Shown: piece after piece, positions 26,799 to 38,984 of the stretch
Numbering within the stretch: the first letter of the stretch is position 1
How the letters are laid out: each line of letters begins with the position of its first letter
Source: Sphagnum compactum
Lineage: Eukaryota
DNA length: 64,000 nucleotides
Reading direction: 5' to 3'
NCBI GenBank assembly: GCA_965153455.1
Contig: OZ234493.1
Location: forward strand, 8,360,213 to 8,424,212
Notes under the pieces: generated by a model
Seen by the model: the letters and a program-made list of their open reading frames with translations, nothing else
Database searches by the model: none
Told to the model about the DNA's origin: nothing
Program-made: the position numbers and the translations under genes

Positions 26799-28506
26799 CA
26801 ACTACTATGATAGTAAACAACCCAAATGAAATTTAATTTCCAACAAGAAAAATTATAACGCAGATGGTGGACAAGATTGAGGTAAATGTGCAAAAAATTA
26901 TCTTTGTAAGAATAAATTCAAGTGTTTTTGAAATCAAGTTTTAAAATTTTTATGAAAAAATCATTTCAAGTGTAAATGTATTGTTGTTTGATATATGTTT
27001 TTGTTTACGATTTGAAATCTAATAATTTAATAAATAGTTATGGATTTAAAAAATAGATGACAAAGAAAGGATATCATGGGAATATATATGGTTTGAAATT
27101 GACAAAAATAATATCGTATTCCAACACTAATCAAATAATCATGGTGTTCTCCTTTTTCAAAACCCATTGTTATTATGTTTTATCAATGATTAGTCAAGTT
27201 GGGATGCTTGATTTATACAATGTTTCATTTTACTTCAAATTATGGTAATTTAGTCACATGTTAATATCACATTCAGTGGTTGTGGTTGAAAATTAGAATG
27301 AAAAACACTAAAATAAGATAAACCAAATAAATCAAACAATTATTTCATCATGTAAATAATTGTTAAAATTTGTCCAAAACTTGAACTTTGTGACAACTCG
27401 TGACTCATGAGCAAACCCCATGAAATCAATAAAGACATGTAATATTTTATTGTTGTGGTCACAAACAACCATTGTTGAAATAACATTAGTTACTTTTTTG
27501 GAATAATCCATTTACAACATTCACAACTAAAGGGAATCCAAAAAGTCTTCAAATTGCAATCCTTTACAATTAAGATACTCCATTGTTTCAAACTCCATGG
27601 ACAAAAATGTAACAATGCATCAACTAATGAACATTTGTATTCTACTTTTAGATATTCCAAACACATCATAAACATTTTAAATAAAAGATGTGTTACTACA
27701 GTAATCAAAGTTGTAGTAACAACTAATTGTAAGCATACTAACACTTGTTTCAATGCAAATTATATAAATTTTAAAAATGTTGAAATTTTCGAAAAAAAAA
27801 TTCCAAAAAAAAGTTGGGAAGGAAAATGAATTATTTTTTGAAATATTCAAGAAATATTCTTTTTGAAATGGAATATTTACAATTAATTAATTATTCAAGA
27901 AACATGTGTTGAAGCCACCCTCATAGGAAAATATTTGTCCATCATATGTGGAATCATTGTTGTAAATTTCATTTTGTAATGAATTGAAGCTTTGGACTTC
28001 CAATCCTTCAGTTCCATCATTGATATAATTGTTTTAAAGCATACATGCAAACAATTTTGCAACTAATGGTCCTTCCAATTCTTGAAAGATTCTTTTTTAA
28101 TCACCTCTTCTTGACGTCATTATAAAACAATTAAAATATGTGGCAACTATGAGTACAACCTAACCTTTGGTTAGTATGGTGAGAAAATTTTAAGACTTTG
28201 CTAAAGTTTGAATCCTAAAGCTCACAAGAAAGATAAAAACATAACAAATAACACCATAGCAAAACGAAGACAACATTTAAAGATAAATCCTTGCATTCAA
28301 TATTTACAACAATGGTACAATATGTGATAAACTTTAGAAAAACGCTAATGAAACAAATAAAATCACATTAAAGTTGGTTATGGATGTTCATATGTTTGAA
28401 TCGGTGAAGGAGTGAAGTCTACACTTTTGATGTGTGATTTTAAGAACAATGAACAAGTTGTGCATATGTAAAGGGGTGAATTCTTTTTTCCATGGATTCC
28501 CCATTG

Positions 28507-28794
28507 TTGTAATAATCAACAAAATGAATATGAAATAAGCCACAAAATCAAATTGGGATTTTCAAACTTAAAAAAACTTGACCCATGATGATCACATAAT
28601 TAAAAACATAATTAAATATTAAATTATCAATGATATGAACAATAGGGGGGTCCAAAGGTTGATTATGTCGTTCATATCATCATGACTTAAAAGTGCAATT
28701 ATGTTTTCAATTATGTGACCATTGAAGGTGAAGCTTTGAACAACCCAATAATAGTTTGTTGTTTATCTCATGATTATTTAGTTGATCATTACAA
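28507..28794. repeat. About 290-bp imperfect foldback (long inverted repeat)
   Basis: The left arm TTGTAATAATCAAC..ATGAAATAAGC..TCACATAATTAAAAACATAATT..TGATATGAAC matches the reverse complement of the right arm GTTCATATCA..AATTATGTTTTCAATTATGTGA..GTTTATCTCAT..GTTGATCATTACAA. Confidence 0.75.
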
Positions 28795-30257
28795 TTCAAA
28801 AGTTTCCAAAGTGAGACATTGAGCATTGGATATCTATCAAGATGGAGAGAAGACAAAAGTCCATTGCCATATGGCATAAACCAAACTTGTTACCCTACTT
28901 TCAATTACTAAAGTCACTTTCTCACTCTTGGTGTGAGAAAGTGTAGGGTAACACCCAAGGAGTGGGGAGTTTTAGAAATAAGCTCCCACCCAAGGTGGAG
29001 CCTAAGGAGCACTTATTTATGGAACTCCTTCCTTTGAAGGCATTACCAATCAAGGGCAAAAATCAATTTGAATTTTTAATTTTCCCCATGATACTTGATG
29101 AGTACTTGTTGAGTATCACCAAAAAATAATGACACAAGGCATTTTGAAAAATGAGATGGTCACACTTGCTAGAGCTTTGTTTTCCAAAATGCTCTATGAG
29201 AATTTATGCTCTAGAAATGTACCTCTAAATACACCCCAAAAAAACAAAGTTGGAAGTTATTATGTGTTCATAAAAGTGGCTTTTGAATCATCATGGATTC
29301 AATTGAGGCTTTAAATTGAAATAATACAAAACTCTACTATATATATTCTTAAATAGTCTTTCAAAATCATTGATGATTCAATAATCAATCTAGTCATATA
29401 TAAGCATTTAAGATAATTTTGAGCTTCACGTTGCTTCGCACATTAATTTTTGTGGATATAATAATTTTTTTGTAATCAATTTTATCTTTTCAAAAAATAA
29501 AATTTCACTATATGTCATTTGTTCCATTAACATTTTTTTTTCATTCTTGATTTGGTAGGCAAAATGTGAATGAAAGTCAAGTTCATGAAATAAGTTCACA
29601 ACAAGATACAAATAGACAAAAGAAAAAGAAAATAACAACAAAATACAATCAAACAACAACATTGAAAGAGTACAAAATAAACAACAAAATACGATTCTAA
29701 ACAAAATTTGATCTATGACAAATTATAATCTGAAATGACTCTGGAATTGTCACAATGATGATCACCAAAATACCCATCCTACATACACCAGTTCCGATGA
29801 AACATTGTCCTTGGAATTATGGCTTATTGCACAAGAAATTACAATCAATCTGAGACTCCCTTAATACAAGTTGAATGAGTCTCATGAACTGAGCTGAAGG
29901 AGTTTTATGAATCATGATGCCCTTCATGTCATCTTTGTCTATTCATTCCAAGAAATGTATATAGTCTGGTAAACTCAGATCTTCAATTCCTAGAAACTAA
30001 CAAGGAAGAAACTCATGATCTTCATGATTTCGGAGCAATCTCATAAACTCCCAATAACAAATTTTCTTTGCTAGCCACTGACCCACAACACAGAGAGTTT
30101 AGAATTCAGATGGTCCCCTTCTAAACACAATCTCTTGAACAATTACAATTTGAAATACCATAGAGTTCACACACTCTTTTTTGACTACTGATGCAAATTG
30201 CAAAATTGCAGTGCAACAATTGAATTGAATTGAATTGATAAGCTAGCTAGCTAGCTT

Positions 30258-30652
30258 GCTTAGTGAAGAACAAGAACAACAATTCCGGGTAGCTCACACA
30301 CACACACACAAAATGCAACAACACATGCACAAATGCCACCATAGCCTAGGTAGAAATCTAGCCGGGTAGCTCACACACACACACACACACAATGCAAGAA
30401 CAAATGCACAAATGCCACCATAGCCTAGAAGAAATTTCTCTACAAACATTGCAAGATGCCATCATAGCCAAGAAGAAGAAATTTCTCTATGCTTAGTGAA
30501 GAACAACAAGAACAACAATTTCGGGTAGCTCACACACACACACACACACACAATGCAAGAACAAATGCACAAATGCCACCATAGCCTAGAAGAAATTTCT
30601 CTACAAACATTGCAAGATGCCATCATAGCCAAGAAGAAGAAATTTGTACAAA
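30258..30652. repeat. Nested tandem duplications containing (CA)n microsatellites
   Basis: Three copies of CGGGTAGCTC(AC)nAATGCAA.AACA.ATGCACAAATGCCACCATAGCCTAG, plus two near-identical longer blocks. Confidence 0.85.
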
Positions 30653-30793
30653 CATGAAGAAGAAGAAGAAGTGCCTTTGTGCTGCTCTATGCCAGTCAAA
30701 CTCTCATTATCTTCATGTCTTCAGCACAAAGGTTCCAAAACAATCACGCACATGCACAGAGACACAGAGAGGTAGAGAGAGGAGAGAGAGGGC

Positions 30794-30843
30794 CTAAACC
30801 CTGAAACGAATACTCTGCATGGCAACGTCACGGCGTTCACGTG
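30794..30843. promoter_or_regulatory. Putative cyanase promoter motifs: telo-box-like CTAAACCCT, ACGTCA, and G-box CACGTG
   Basis: The motifs cluster just upstream of the CT-rich leader of the cyanase gene. Function is inferred. Confidence 0.35.
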
Positions 30844-31568
30844 TTCGCTTTTTATCACTGAAACCGAATGAATGGCTGATACTTGTTGACAGATGATCAC
30901 TTGCTGGTGTAAATTTCCTTTTTTGAGGTGTAAAAATGAAAAGTGGGACTGTCTCTCTCTCTCTCTCGCAGTCTTTCCGGAAGATTTGATTGTGTTTTTG
31001 GGGCCCTTTGCCTTCTGTTTGTTTGCATTCGGAACGCTCGAGATTTTCCGAGTTCTCCTTTTGGGGCCTTCGTTCTTTCGCAGTCCGAGAAAGAAAGATT
31101 AGAATTTTTGTGTGTTGCGTGTTGTTGCTTTTTCTCCATTCGGAATCCCATTTTCTTCTTCAGGTAACAGACCCTAAACATGCTCTAGGGTTTTGTGTCT
31201 TCTGATGATGATGACTCTGTTGCTTTCAGAAGTGGGAAAATTTGCGCTGCTTGTTTCCATTGAGCCAGTTGATGATGATGATGATGATGATGACGATGAT
31301 TCTTCTCAAGCTTGTGAAGAAGAAGAGCCACCAGATGAAATATTTTTTGTTATGAATTCGGATTTCGAACCTTTTTTCCATACAAATTGAATCCACATTC
31401 TTCAGTGGACATCCCAAGTCATTGACACTGGAAATTCTTCTACTTCTTCTTTTTGGGTGGGGTTTGTTTGTTTGTTTTGTGCAGGAAGAAGAAGAACACT
31501 TGCCAAACTTTCCAAAAGTTCCAAACTGGGTGGTGGTGGAGCTGCTGCTACTTGAAAACTGAGAGCAA

Positions 31569-32796
31569 ATGGCAACCCTACAGGCAAAGACGGCATTGGT
31601 GACAAGCCTACTTGAGGCAAAGAAGAAGAGTGGCAAGACATACAATCAAATTGCAGAGCAGACGGGGCTGACCAATGCCTATGTTGCACAGCTGTTTCGC
31701 AGGCAGGCACAATTGAAACCAGGCACAGCCAAGGCATTCAAGGCAGCAGTGCCCACCCTCACAGATGACCTGATTGAAGCCATGCAAGAGATCCCCCTGA
31801 GAGCATATGACCCCATCATCCTCCAAGACCCCACCATCTACAGGCTTGTCTCTCTCTCTCTCCCCCATTCTTCCTCATGCACTATAATATCTTGTTTGTG
31901 CATCATTTCCAAGTATCCTGCAATGTCCAGCAAAATAGTCTTCTTGATGTTTTCCCACAAAACTTTCATTTTTTGATTTTTGCTTTGTGGGTCTGTTCTT
32001 TTTCCGTGGGGTTGGAAAAAACAAAACAGGTTGCATGAAGCAACAAGTCATTATGGGGAAAGCATCAAGGACATCATCAATGAAGAGTTTGGTGATGGAA
32101 TGTAAGTTCTGCCAGCTTCAGAATTTTTTTTTTCCATGCAGCAAACAAATGCGGCAAACATCTTTCCCACTTGTTTTGTTTTACTCTCTGTGCATGGGGC
32201 TAACTGTGTGTGTGGTGGGTTTTGCATTGCAGTATGTCTGCTATAGGGTTTTATTGCAGTGTTGAAAAGGTGAAGGGCAAAGAAGGTGAGGACCGTGTTG
32301 TTATCACCATGAATGGAAAGTATCTGCCACACACAGAACAGGTCAGAGCTAATCCTCCAGTACAACATTCCTCTAAACAGTGTCTTATCATTGTATACAA
32401 GATACTGTCCTGTCTGACCAAATGGTTGTGATCTATGTCATCTATTGAGTTCAGAGATATGAATGAGGTTAGAAATTGCCATTTCCAATGCAGAATTGTT
32501 AAGGGCAATGGTGTATATATTGAGAGGCATATGTGATCTCATGCCCTTGCATGTTGGTAGTTGAGGCTGTAATGTAGTGTAAGCAAATTGGTGTTCAGAG
32601 ATGCACAAACAACAGTCTTGTGATGGGAGGTTGTCACATTGTTTTATGATCTGTTTGATTTGGTGGCAACCATAACTTTGTTGTACCTCATTTGAATTTT
32701 GAACCATTTTTCGGAGCAGAAATCTGATGCTCCTGCAAACAAACTGGGGCTTTTTTGCAGAAAGCGACGGATAATGTTGCTAAGCTAGCAAAATAA
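31569..32796 (+). CDS. CYN: Cyanate hydratase (cyanase), 163 aa
   Basis: Exons 31569-31843, 32030-32101, 32233-32341 and 32761-32796 (492 nt). Protein includes [27 protein letters not shown]...DPTIYRLHE...[22 protein letters not shown]...[16 protein letters not shown]. The catalytic Arg, Glu and Ser equivalents are present. Intron 1 requires a GC donor. A 5' UTR intron is likely at about 31164-31485. Confidence 0.93.
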
Positions 32797-34027
32797 GGAG
32801 GGTTAATAGAATTTCTTTGTTTCTCTAGCATGGGCTAGCTTTTATTATGTGTACATATGGAATATAATAAAGTGTGTAGAAGCAGCAGTGCTGCCTATGG
32901 GATACAGTTGAAGTAGTTGAAGGTTTTTAGAAGGCTTTAGGGTTTGGAACTGTTACATTTTCAGTCTTCTTCCCAGAGCTCTACAGACCACAAAACCTTA
33001 AGCTGTGCACACTCTCGTGGGTATACATATTCATAGATGTTTTTAACTGCTTATATGATATTATGACCTTTTTAATTAACTATTTGCAAATTGGACACTA
33101 CTCCAATGAGCTTTTTGCAGGAGACTAAGAAGAACCAGATGAGGTGGTGATGCTACACCAGACTTTTCTTCTTGGAATTGCATTCTTGAAAATGCATTTT
33201 GCTGAGATGAAAACATATTATGCTGTCTTTGTTTCCAATTCTCGTAATCAAAGAAAAAGACTTTCTCAGAGTTTGAAGTCCCATAAATGCCAGTGATGTT
33301 GGCACCCAGTCTTGCAGTAAATTAGAGGTTGGAATTAACATTGAGATCACAGCATTATCTTGCAGCAAGCTAATGATTTGTGCTATCAGATGCCAGAAAA
33401 ACTGCACCTTTGAGGGGGATATGAAACAAGTCTTTCTAGCCGCCAGTTTACAGAGAAGAAAAAAAATATACACAGCTGGCATCCCTTACTGCCGCTGTAA
33501 ACACTTGACAAGCCAATATGTTTCTGTGTGCTGTCTATAATTGTCAGTAGCTTTGGGCTTGAGTCAAGAAATGTCTTGCTCCCCATGCTCTAAACTGACT
33601 TATGCAGATTGTTGATCATACTAAGTGCATTCACACAAAATTGGCATTTTAAAGGTAATGGGTCGCATGTAGTCCCTGCTAATGTGCAAGATCTGAGTGA
33701 GCACAGCAGCTGGTCACAGCCAGATGTAGGCACAAAGAATTGAATTTGTGCCTTTCTCAGGCATGTCTAGGGGTACAAGCCGTAAGGCCAATGTGAATAG
33801 CTAAGTGTTGTGGAGAAATGTTTTTCCTGTCAGAAAAAATCTCCCGTCATATCCTTCATACGAGTTTCAGGTCAAGAGTTGAGACCCCCAGTGCACTCTT
33901 TTGGTCCACCATTTACCTGTTCATCTGCATGAGAGATTCTCTTTCTTTTCCTGTGGTGATTGCTGAACCAGGTGAGCGGGGGAATCAGGTCTTGGTCTTT
34001 GTTGTTGTTGTGTAGTAAACTGGTGGG

Positions 34028-37000
34028 TCATTCATAGTCTTGAAGGTTGTTATCACAGAAGTCTTGCAAGGACCCTCCATCCAATGCTTTGATATCGATC
34101 CATGCCATACCATCAAATTTGATATGGGAATCCTTGCCTCCAAGTTCTGGGAGGCTGAAATCGGAACCTGAGGATTTGCCTGTTCCTCCTCCAGAAGAGC
34201 TCTCCTGCCTTGGTGAGCAGCTTGTGCTGGGTGGATTGGTTGGTAGCTCATCGATCATGTGGAGCACCAGCTCAAGCTCCTGTGAAACTTGACTCATGAA
34301 TGGTCGTTGCTTGATGTTACGGTCAGTGCAATGCACCCCTATCTTTGCCACTTGAAGAAGGGTTTCATGGTTGTCAGTCCTGGACTTGAGGTCGGGGTCA
34401 AGAACTTCTTCCAGCTTCCTTGATTCAACTTTCAAATGAACCTGCACAATCAGCATTTTGATCGGAATCCGACTCATCTGGTTGTCCCACATAATAAGCA
34501 GACGAAAAACATCCCTTATACTTGAAGGGAGGAAATCTAGTAGTGAGCACAATCTCTGAAGGATCGAGATCCCACATACTTGGGACATATACTTGCTGGT
34601 TTTCAAAGCTTGAAACAAAAGGTCTTTGGAAGCTCTATCACATACAGTTGAATCTAAGGACTCTCTATGAGGTGGCATCTCAGGATCTACTGAAAGAGTA
34701 TGAGCAAAAGATCAGCAACTCACCCAATCGGTAATATAGTATGCAGCTGCTTCTCGTAAGCTATCACTGGCAGCCTTGCCAGTGACAAGCTGAAGAAGGA
34801 TAACTCCAAAGCTATAAACATCATAATGAGTGCCTAGATTAACATTGTAAAAGTAAGAAGGATCGACATAGCCTGAAGTGCCTATCAAGACTCTGCCAGC
34901 ATGTGTGCCATTTAGCCCAAAATTGGTGATCTTGGTGTGGTAGTTGTGGTCCAATAATATGTTGGTTGGTTTGATGTCCCCATGAACGACAGAGGGTGTG
35001 CATTCATCATGAAGATGTACTAAACCTGCAAAGCCATAAAAGCATAGTGTGTGCCAGTTGCAAATTTAACCATTTTCAGAGTCATAAAGCACTGCCAGAA
35101 ATTTCAGAGTAGTATTTGGAGCACACCTTAAAAATGTAAGATTCACTTGGCTACAACAGAGGGATCTTATTTTTTAAGGAGGGACATTCTGAAATCTTTG
35201 GCTATACAAATCAATCAGCAGAGGCAGTTGCTTTACACTTGGTAAGGCCCTTGGACAAGAGCATAACCAGAATGTGGGCACCACCTCAGCTGCTGCCTCA
35301 TGCAGTACCCTTATTCTGGTAGCACCCTCAACCTTGGGCCTTACCTACCACAAACCAACCTTGATGAGGAGGAGGCAACCAACAAGTGTAAAAACCCAAC
35401 AATCCACAATCAGCTGCTGGGAGGGATCAGCAGAACTCACCCTTTGAAGCACCTAGTGCGATATGCACCCGTTCTCGCCATGTTAATGCCTGACCCGTCC
35501 CCCCTGCAGAATTTTTTATTTTTTTTATCATGACACACTATGTTAATTGGCATCTCTTGCTGGCTGCCAAAGAACAGCAGCAGGAGAAATTGGGAGGACA
35601 TGATGCAAGAAGGCTCAACTTTGGAGGGTTTATTGCCTTGTACCCTCTTCAACTTGTGTTATAAAGACCCAAACTTCAATGAGTCATAAAACTTTCTGCC
35701 TAAGTAATAATAATGGGAAAATCCTTACCACAGATGTGATCCGCAAGGCTTCCATTTGCTACATACTCAAACACAAGAATCTGTTCACCTGAAAAAGATA
35801 CCCATGTCACAGACCCACAAAAGATGACTGTCTGTTGTTGTGTATAGTAGAATGACAAAATTGCACCCTGGAGACTATGGTCTACAAGTATGAAACCACA
35901 AATCATAATTGAGTTTTCTGCAAGTTTTCTTGCAGATGCTGCTACACAAATGACTGAAATTCAAAATGGAACAATCTAGACCTTATGGGTAAGAGAAGAC
36001 TCAGATGTGAAGGGACAACCAAAATCACCACACGGGAAATGGCTGTAATCAGGATTGTTTCTGATTCACTTACTTCAAACACAATGTTGATGGCTCCAAT
36101 GGTGAAATCAAAATACAGTGGTTCAGTTACATCTCTCCTATTTCAGTCTGGGTATTGGGAGAAATGTCTTGGATAGTGCAGTTGCTCTAGTATACAGGTT
36201 TTAGAGCCTGTATTATTTACATCAGTTTGCACACTTGTTCTCTCATCAACACTAACTAGTTAGCGGCTTTGTAGTCTCGTACCTTTTTCTTTGCAGAAAC
36301 CAACAAGATTCACCAAGTACTTGTGATGAATCCTGGATAGATACTTAACCTCTGCATAATATACCACCATGATGAATGAATCTTCCCCAAGTATCATGAA
36401 AATCAGTGTGCAATCTTTTTGGTTATGTAACATGTTTCAGAAGTAAAGTACAGATTAGGTCCCCAACTGCCAAGTTTTACTGATTTCATGACTGATCTGA
36501 AAATACAACCAAAATGTACCTGACCTCACACTAGAATTCTAGAACAGATTGGAAAGGTTTGGAAACTGCACAAAGAGGGGTTAACAAAGCCCTGCTGCAC
36601 TCTATATCACCCACATTACAATATTTATAACAGGGATGATAGACACATTCAAGCAGTCAGTATTTCAGGTCATAGAATTATCCCTTTCAAGAAAAGTGCA
36701 GCAGAAGAAGACCTAAAAGATACTGGATATAAGAAGAAAAATAGGTGTACCATTTTTAAAGTCTTGGTTACTTTGTTGTGACTCTCGAGTTGCACGCTTG
36801 ACAGTGACACTCTCACCAGAAGCTAAAACCGCCTTGTAAACCACACCGAGTGTTCCCCCATAGTCCAACTTGTTGTCAAAGCTAAAGTTGAGAGTGGCAA
36901 GCTTGAGCTCCTTGAGAGAGAATTTGCGAATGCCAGGAAGCTCAGAGAAAGACAACAATGTCAGCCCATTAAACGTCCCTTTTCTCAAACTTGGGTCTTT

Positions 37001-37800
37001 CTCATCATCTGAAACAAAAATCCCATCAAACAATCTGCTTTAGTCACATGATACCAGAGGTCCCAATGATGACGATGAAGATGATGATGATGCAGGCATA
37101 ATAGAGTTATTCATAACGTGTGCCTCAGATAGGGGATGAAACTGCTCATTACGGGTCCAACAAGGGTTGAAATGTCGGGTGAGCATTAAGTTTGTAAATT
37201 AATTTGCATTGGGTGTCACAGTTGGGACCAAACTTTTTTTTAGCATCCCCCAAACTCCTTTTAGCTCCTTTTAGCACCTATGGAAGTGCTAAAAAGAGTT
37301 TGATCCTAATTGCAGCCTCCAAAGCAAATCTCTTGAAGCAGACAGGCCTCCTTTGCTTGCCAACACACCCTTAGCAATGATATCAAATGCCAATCACAAC
37401 AACAATCTCATGCTGAGCTTTGTTGTTTGGTCAAAAAAATTTGGGACTTCATGGATACCAGCAAAGAGAAGATGACAAAATCAATAGGGTATGAAATAAC
37501 GGTTGGACTAAGTACGACTTTAAAGAAACCTCTAATATATCCAAAGAAAGCTCTAAAAGAACAGCTTATGATTTAGTGGTAGTCATCTGCAAGAACCAAA
37601 CTCGTTTGTTTTTCCTGTATCATCAATCCAAGAAGAAGCACCCAAAAGTAAAATTTCTTTCTCTGTGAAAAATACTTCAATGCTTTGAGAAGCTCTACTA
37701 GATCTACTACATTACCTGGTTCCTGCTCAAACTGCTTCCTGCCAGAAAACCGCCACCCAAAACACAGCTTCAACCTTGATCCCCCCATCGAACTTGTCAT
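34028..37800 (-). CDS. Receptor-like cytoplasmic kinase (RLK/Pelle family), 416 aa, probable pseudokinase
   Basis: Seven GT-AG exons in phase: 37800-37716, 37008-36751, 36351-36283, 35788-35729, 35503-35441, 35025-34724, 34441-34028 (1251 nt). Motifs: RKFSLKELKLATLNF, VTVK, EVKYLSRIHHKYLVNLVGFC, LVFEYVANGSL, LTWRERVHIALGASKGL, HGDIKPTNILL, ITNFG, GTSGYVDP and DVYSFGVILLQL. No signal peptide or transmembrane segment. Confidence 0.9.
37202..37329. repeat. About 128-bp foldback hairpin in kinase intron 1
   Basis: ATTTGCATTGGGTGTCACAGTTGGGACCAAACTTTTTTTTAGCA pairs imperfectly with TGCTAAAAAGAGTTTGATCCTAATTGCAGCCTCCAAAGCAAAT. Confidence 0.7.
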
Positions 37801-38554
37801 TCCCTGAGTTGCACACTAACTGCCCAGTGATGCTGCTTCCAACATGGCTTTTTGATTGCAAATCACATCAACAGCAACACAGTTGCAGCTCCCACTTACT
37901 TACAGCTCCTCCACCACATAGTATCCAATTTGCAAATCAGTAAGAAAAAACCTCGAAATTATTCATACACCCACTATGGCAATTACGGAAAAAAAAACAG
38001 CAGCAGCAGCAGAAGCAGAAGAAGAACCAAGTCCCATCATCATTATTCATTCAGCCATAAGCTTCTGAACCTTGAAAGAGTATAAGACTTACACAAGTAC
38101 TACTACAAAAGGAATTCTGTGGAAAGGAAAAAAACACAAATTGCGCAACTCATTTTCAATTCTGATGCAAAAGTGCAGGAATGAATATCCAAACTCTTTG
38201 TTGAACCCACCCACTCACTCACCCACTCACCCACCCATCCAACCATCCATCCATGCATGCTCGGGAATGTCGAGAAGATCAGACAGAGAAACAACAACAT
38301 GCATGATTCTTTGGCTGTTTGGATCCTCGTTCTGTTTCTTTTTTTCCTAAAATTAAAATAAAATAAAAAACCCCCTTTGTGAGTAACTAGCTAGTGATGA
38401 GCTTGAAGGAAGGAAGGAAGGAAGGAAGGAAGGAGGAGCTGGAGTTGGCGAGTTTTGTGTGAAAAAGTCCCGCCCGCGCGCGCGCGAGGGCGCAACGCAC
38501 CGATCTCCTCTCTACACGAAACTGGACAACAAAAGCTCACAATAATTACACACT

Positions 38555-38930
38555 GTGGGACCGGACTAGTGGACGAAGAAGGTGGGCTTTTCTTGGACAG
38601 CCAGCCCATTGTGGGACCAAACCAAGGTGGGCTTTTCTTGGACGCCATTGTGGGTCCAGACCAAACCGAGGGTCGGCTTTTCTTGGTCACCGTCGGTGGG
38701 ACCAGACCAAGGTGGGCTTTTCTTGGACACCTTTGTGGGACCGGACCAAACCAAACGCAGAAGAAGGTGGGCTTTCCTTGGACGCCCTTGTGGAACCAGA
38801 CCACGCCAGACCAGACCAGACAAAACCAAAGCAGACACGGGAGAAGGTGGGCTTTTCTTGGACGCCCTTGTGGAACCAGACCACGCCAGACCAGACCAGA
38901 CCAGACCAAAAGTAAATTAGGTGGGCTTTA
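38555..38930. repeat. GC-rich tandem array (6 units plus a partial) of AAGGTGGGCTTTTCTTGGAC...GTGGGACC, upstream of the kinase gene
   Basis: A 20-bp conserved core is separated by related linkers that vary in the number of AGACC/AAACC repeats. Confidence 0.85.
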
Positions 38931-38984
38931 TTGAATGGTTAATGAATGAATGACTGAATTTTCACTGCCCTGGATGGATGATTT

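Noticed and set aside
27290-28200. Possible transposase remnant on the minus strand
   Set aside because: No diagnostic motif or termini could be identified.
38391-38934. Overlapping ORFs of up to 172 aa on both strands
   Set aside because: They are by-products of the GC-rich tandem array, with repetitive translations and no domain signature.
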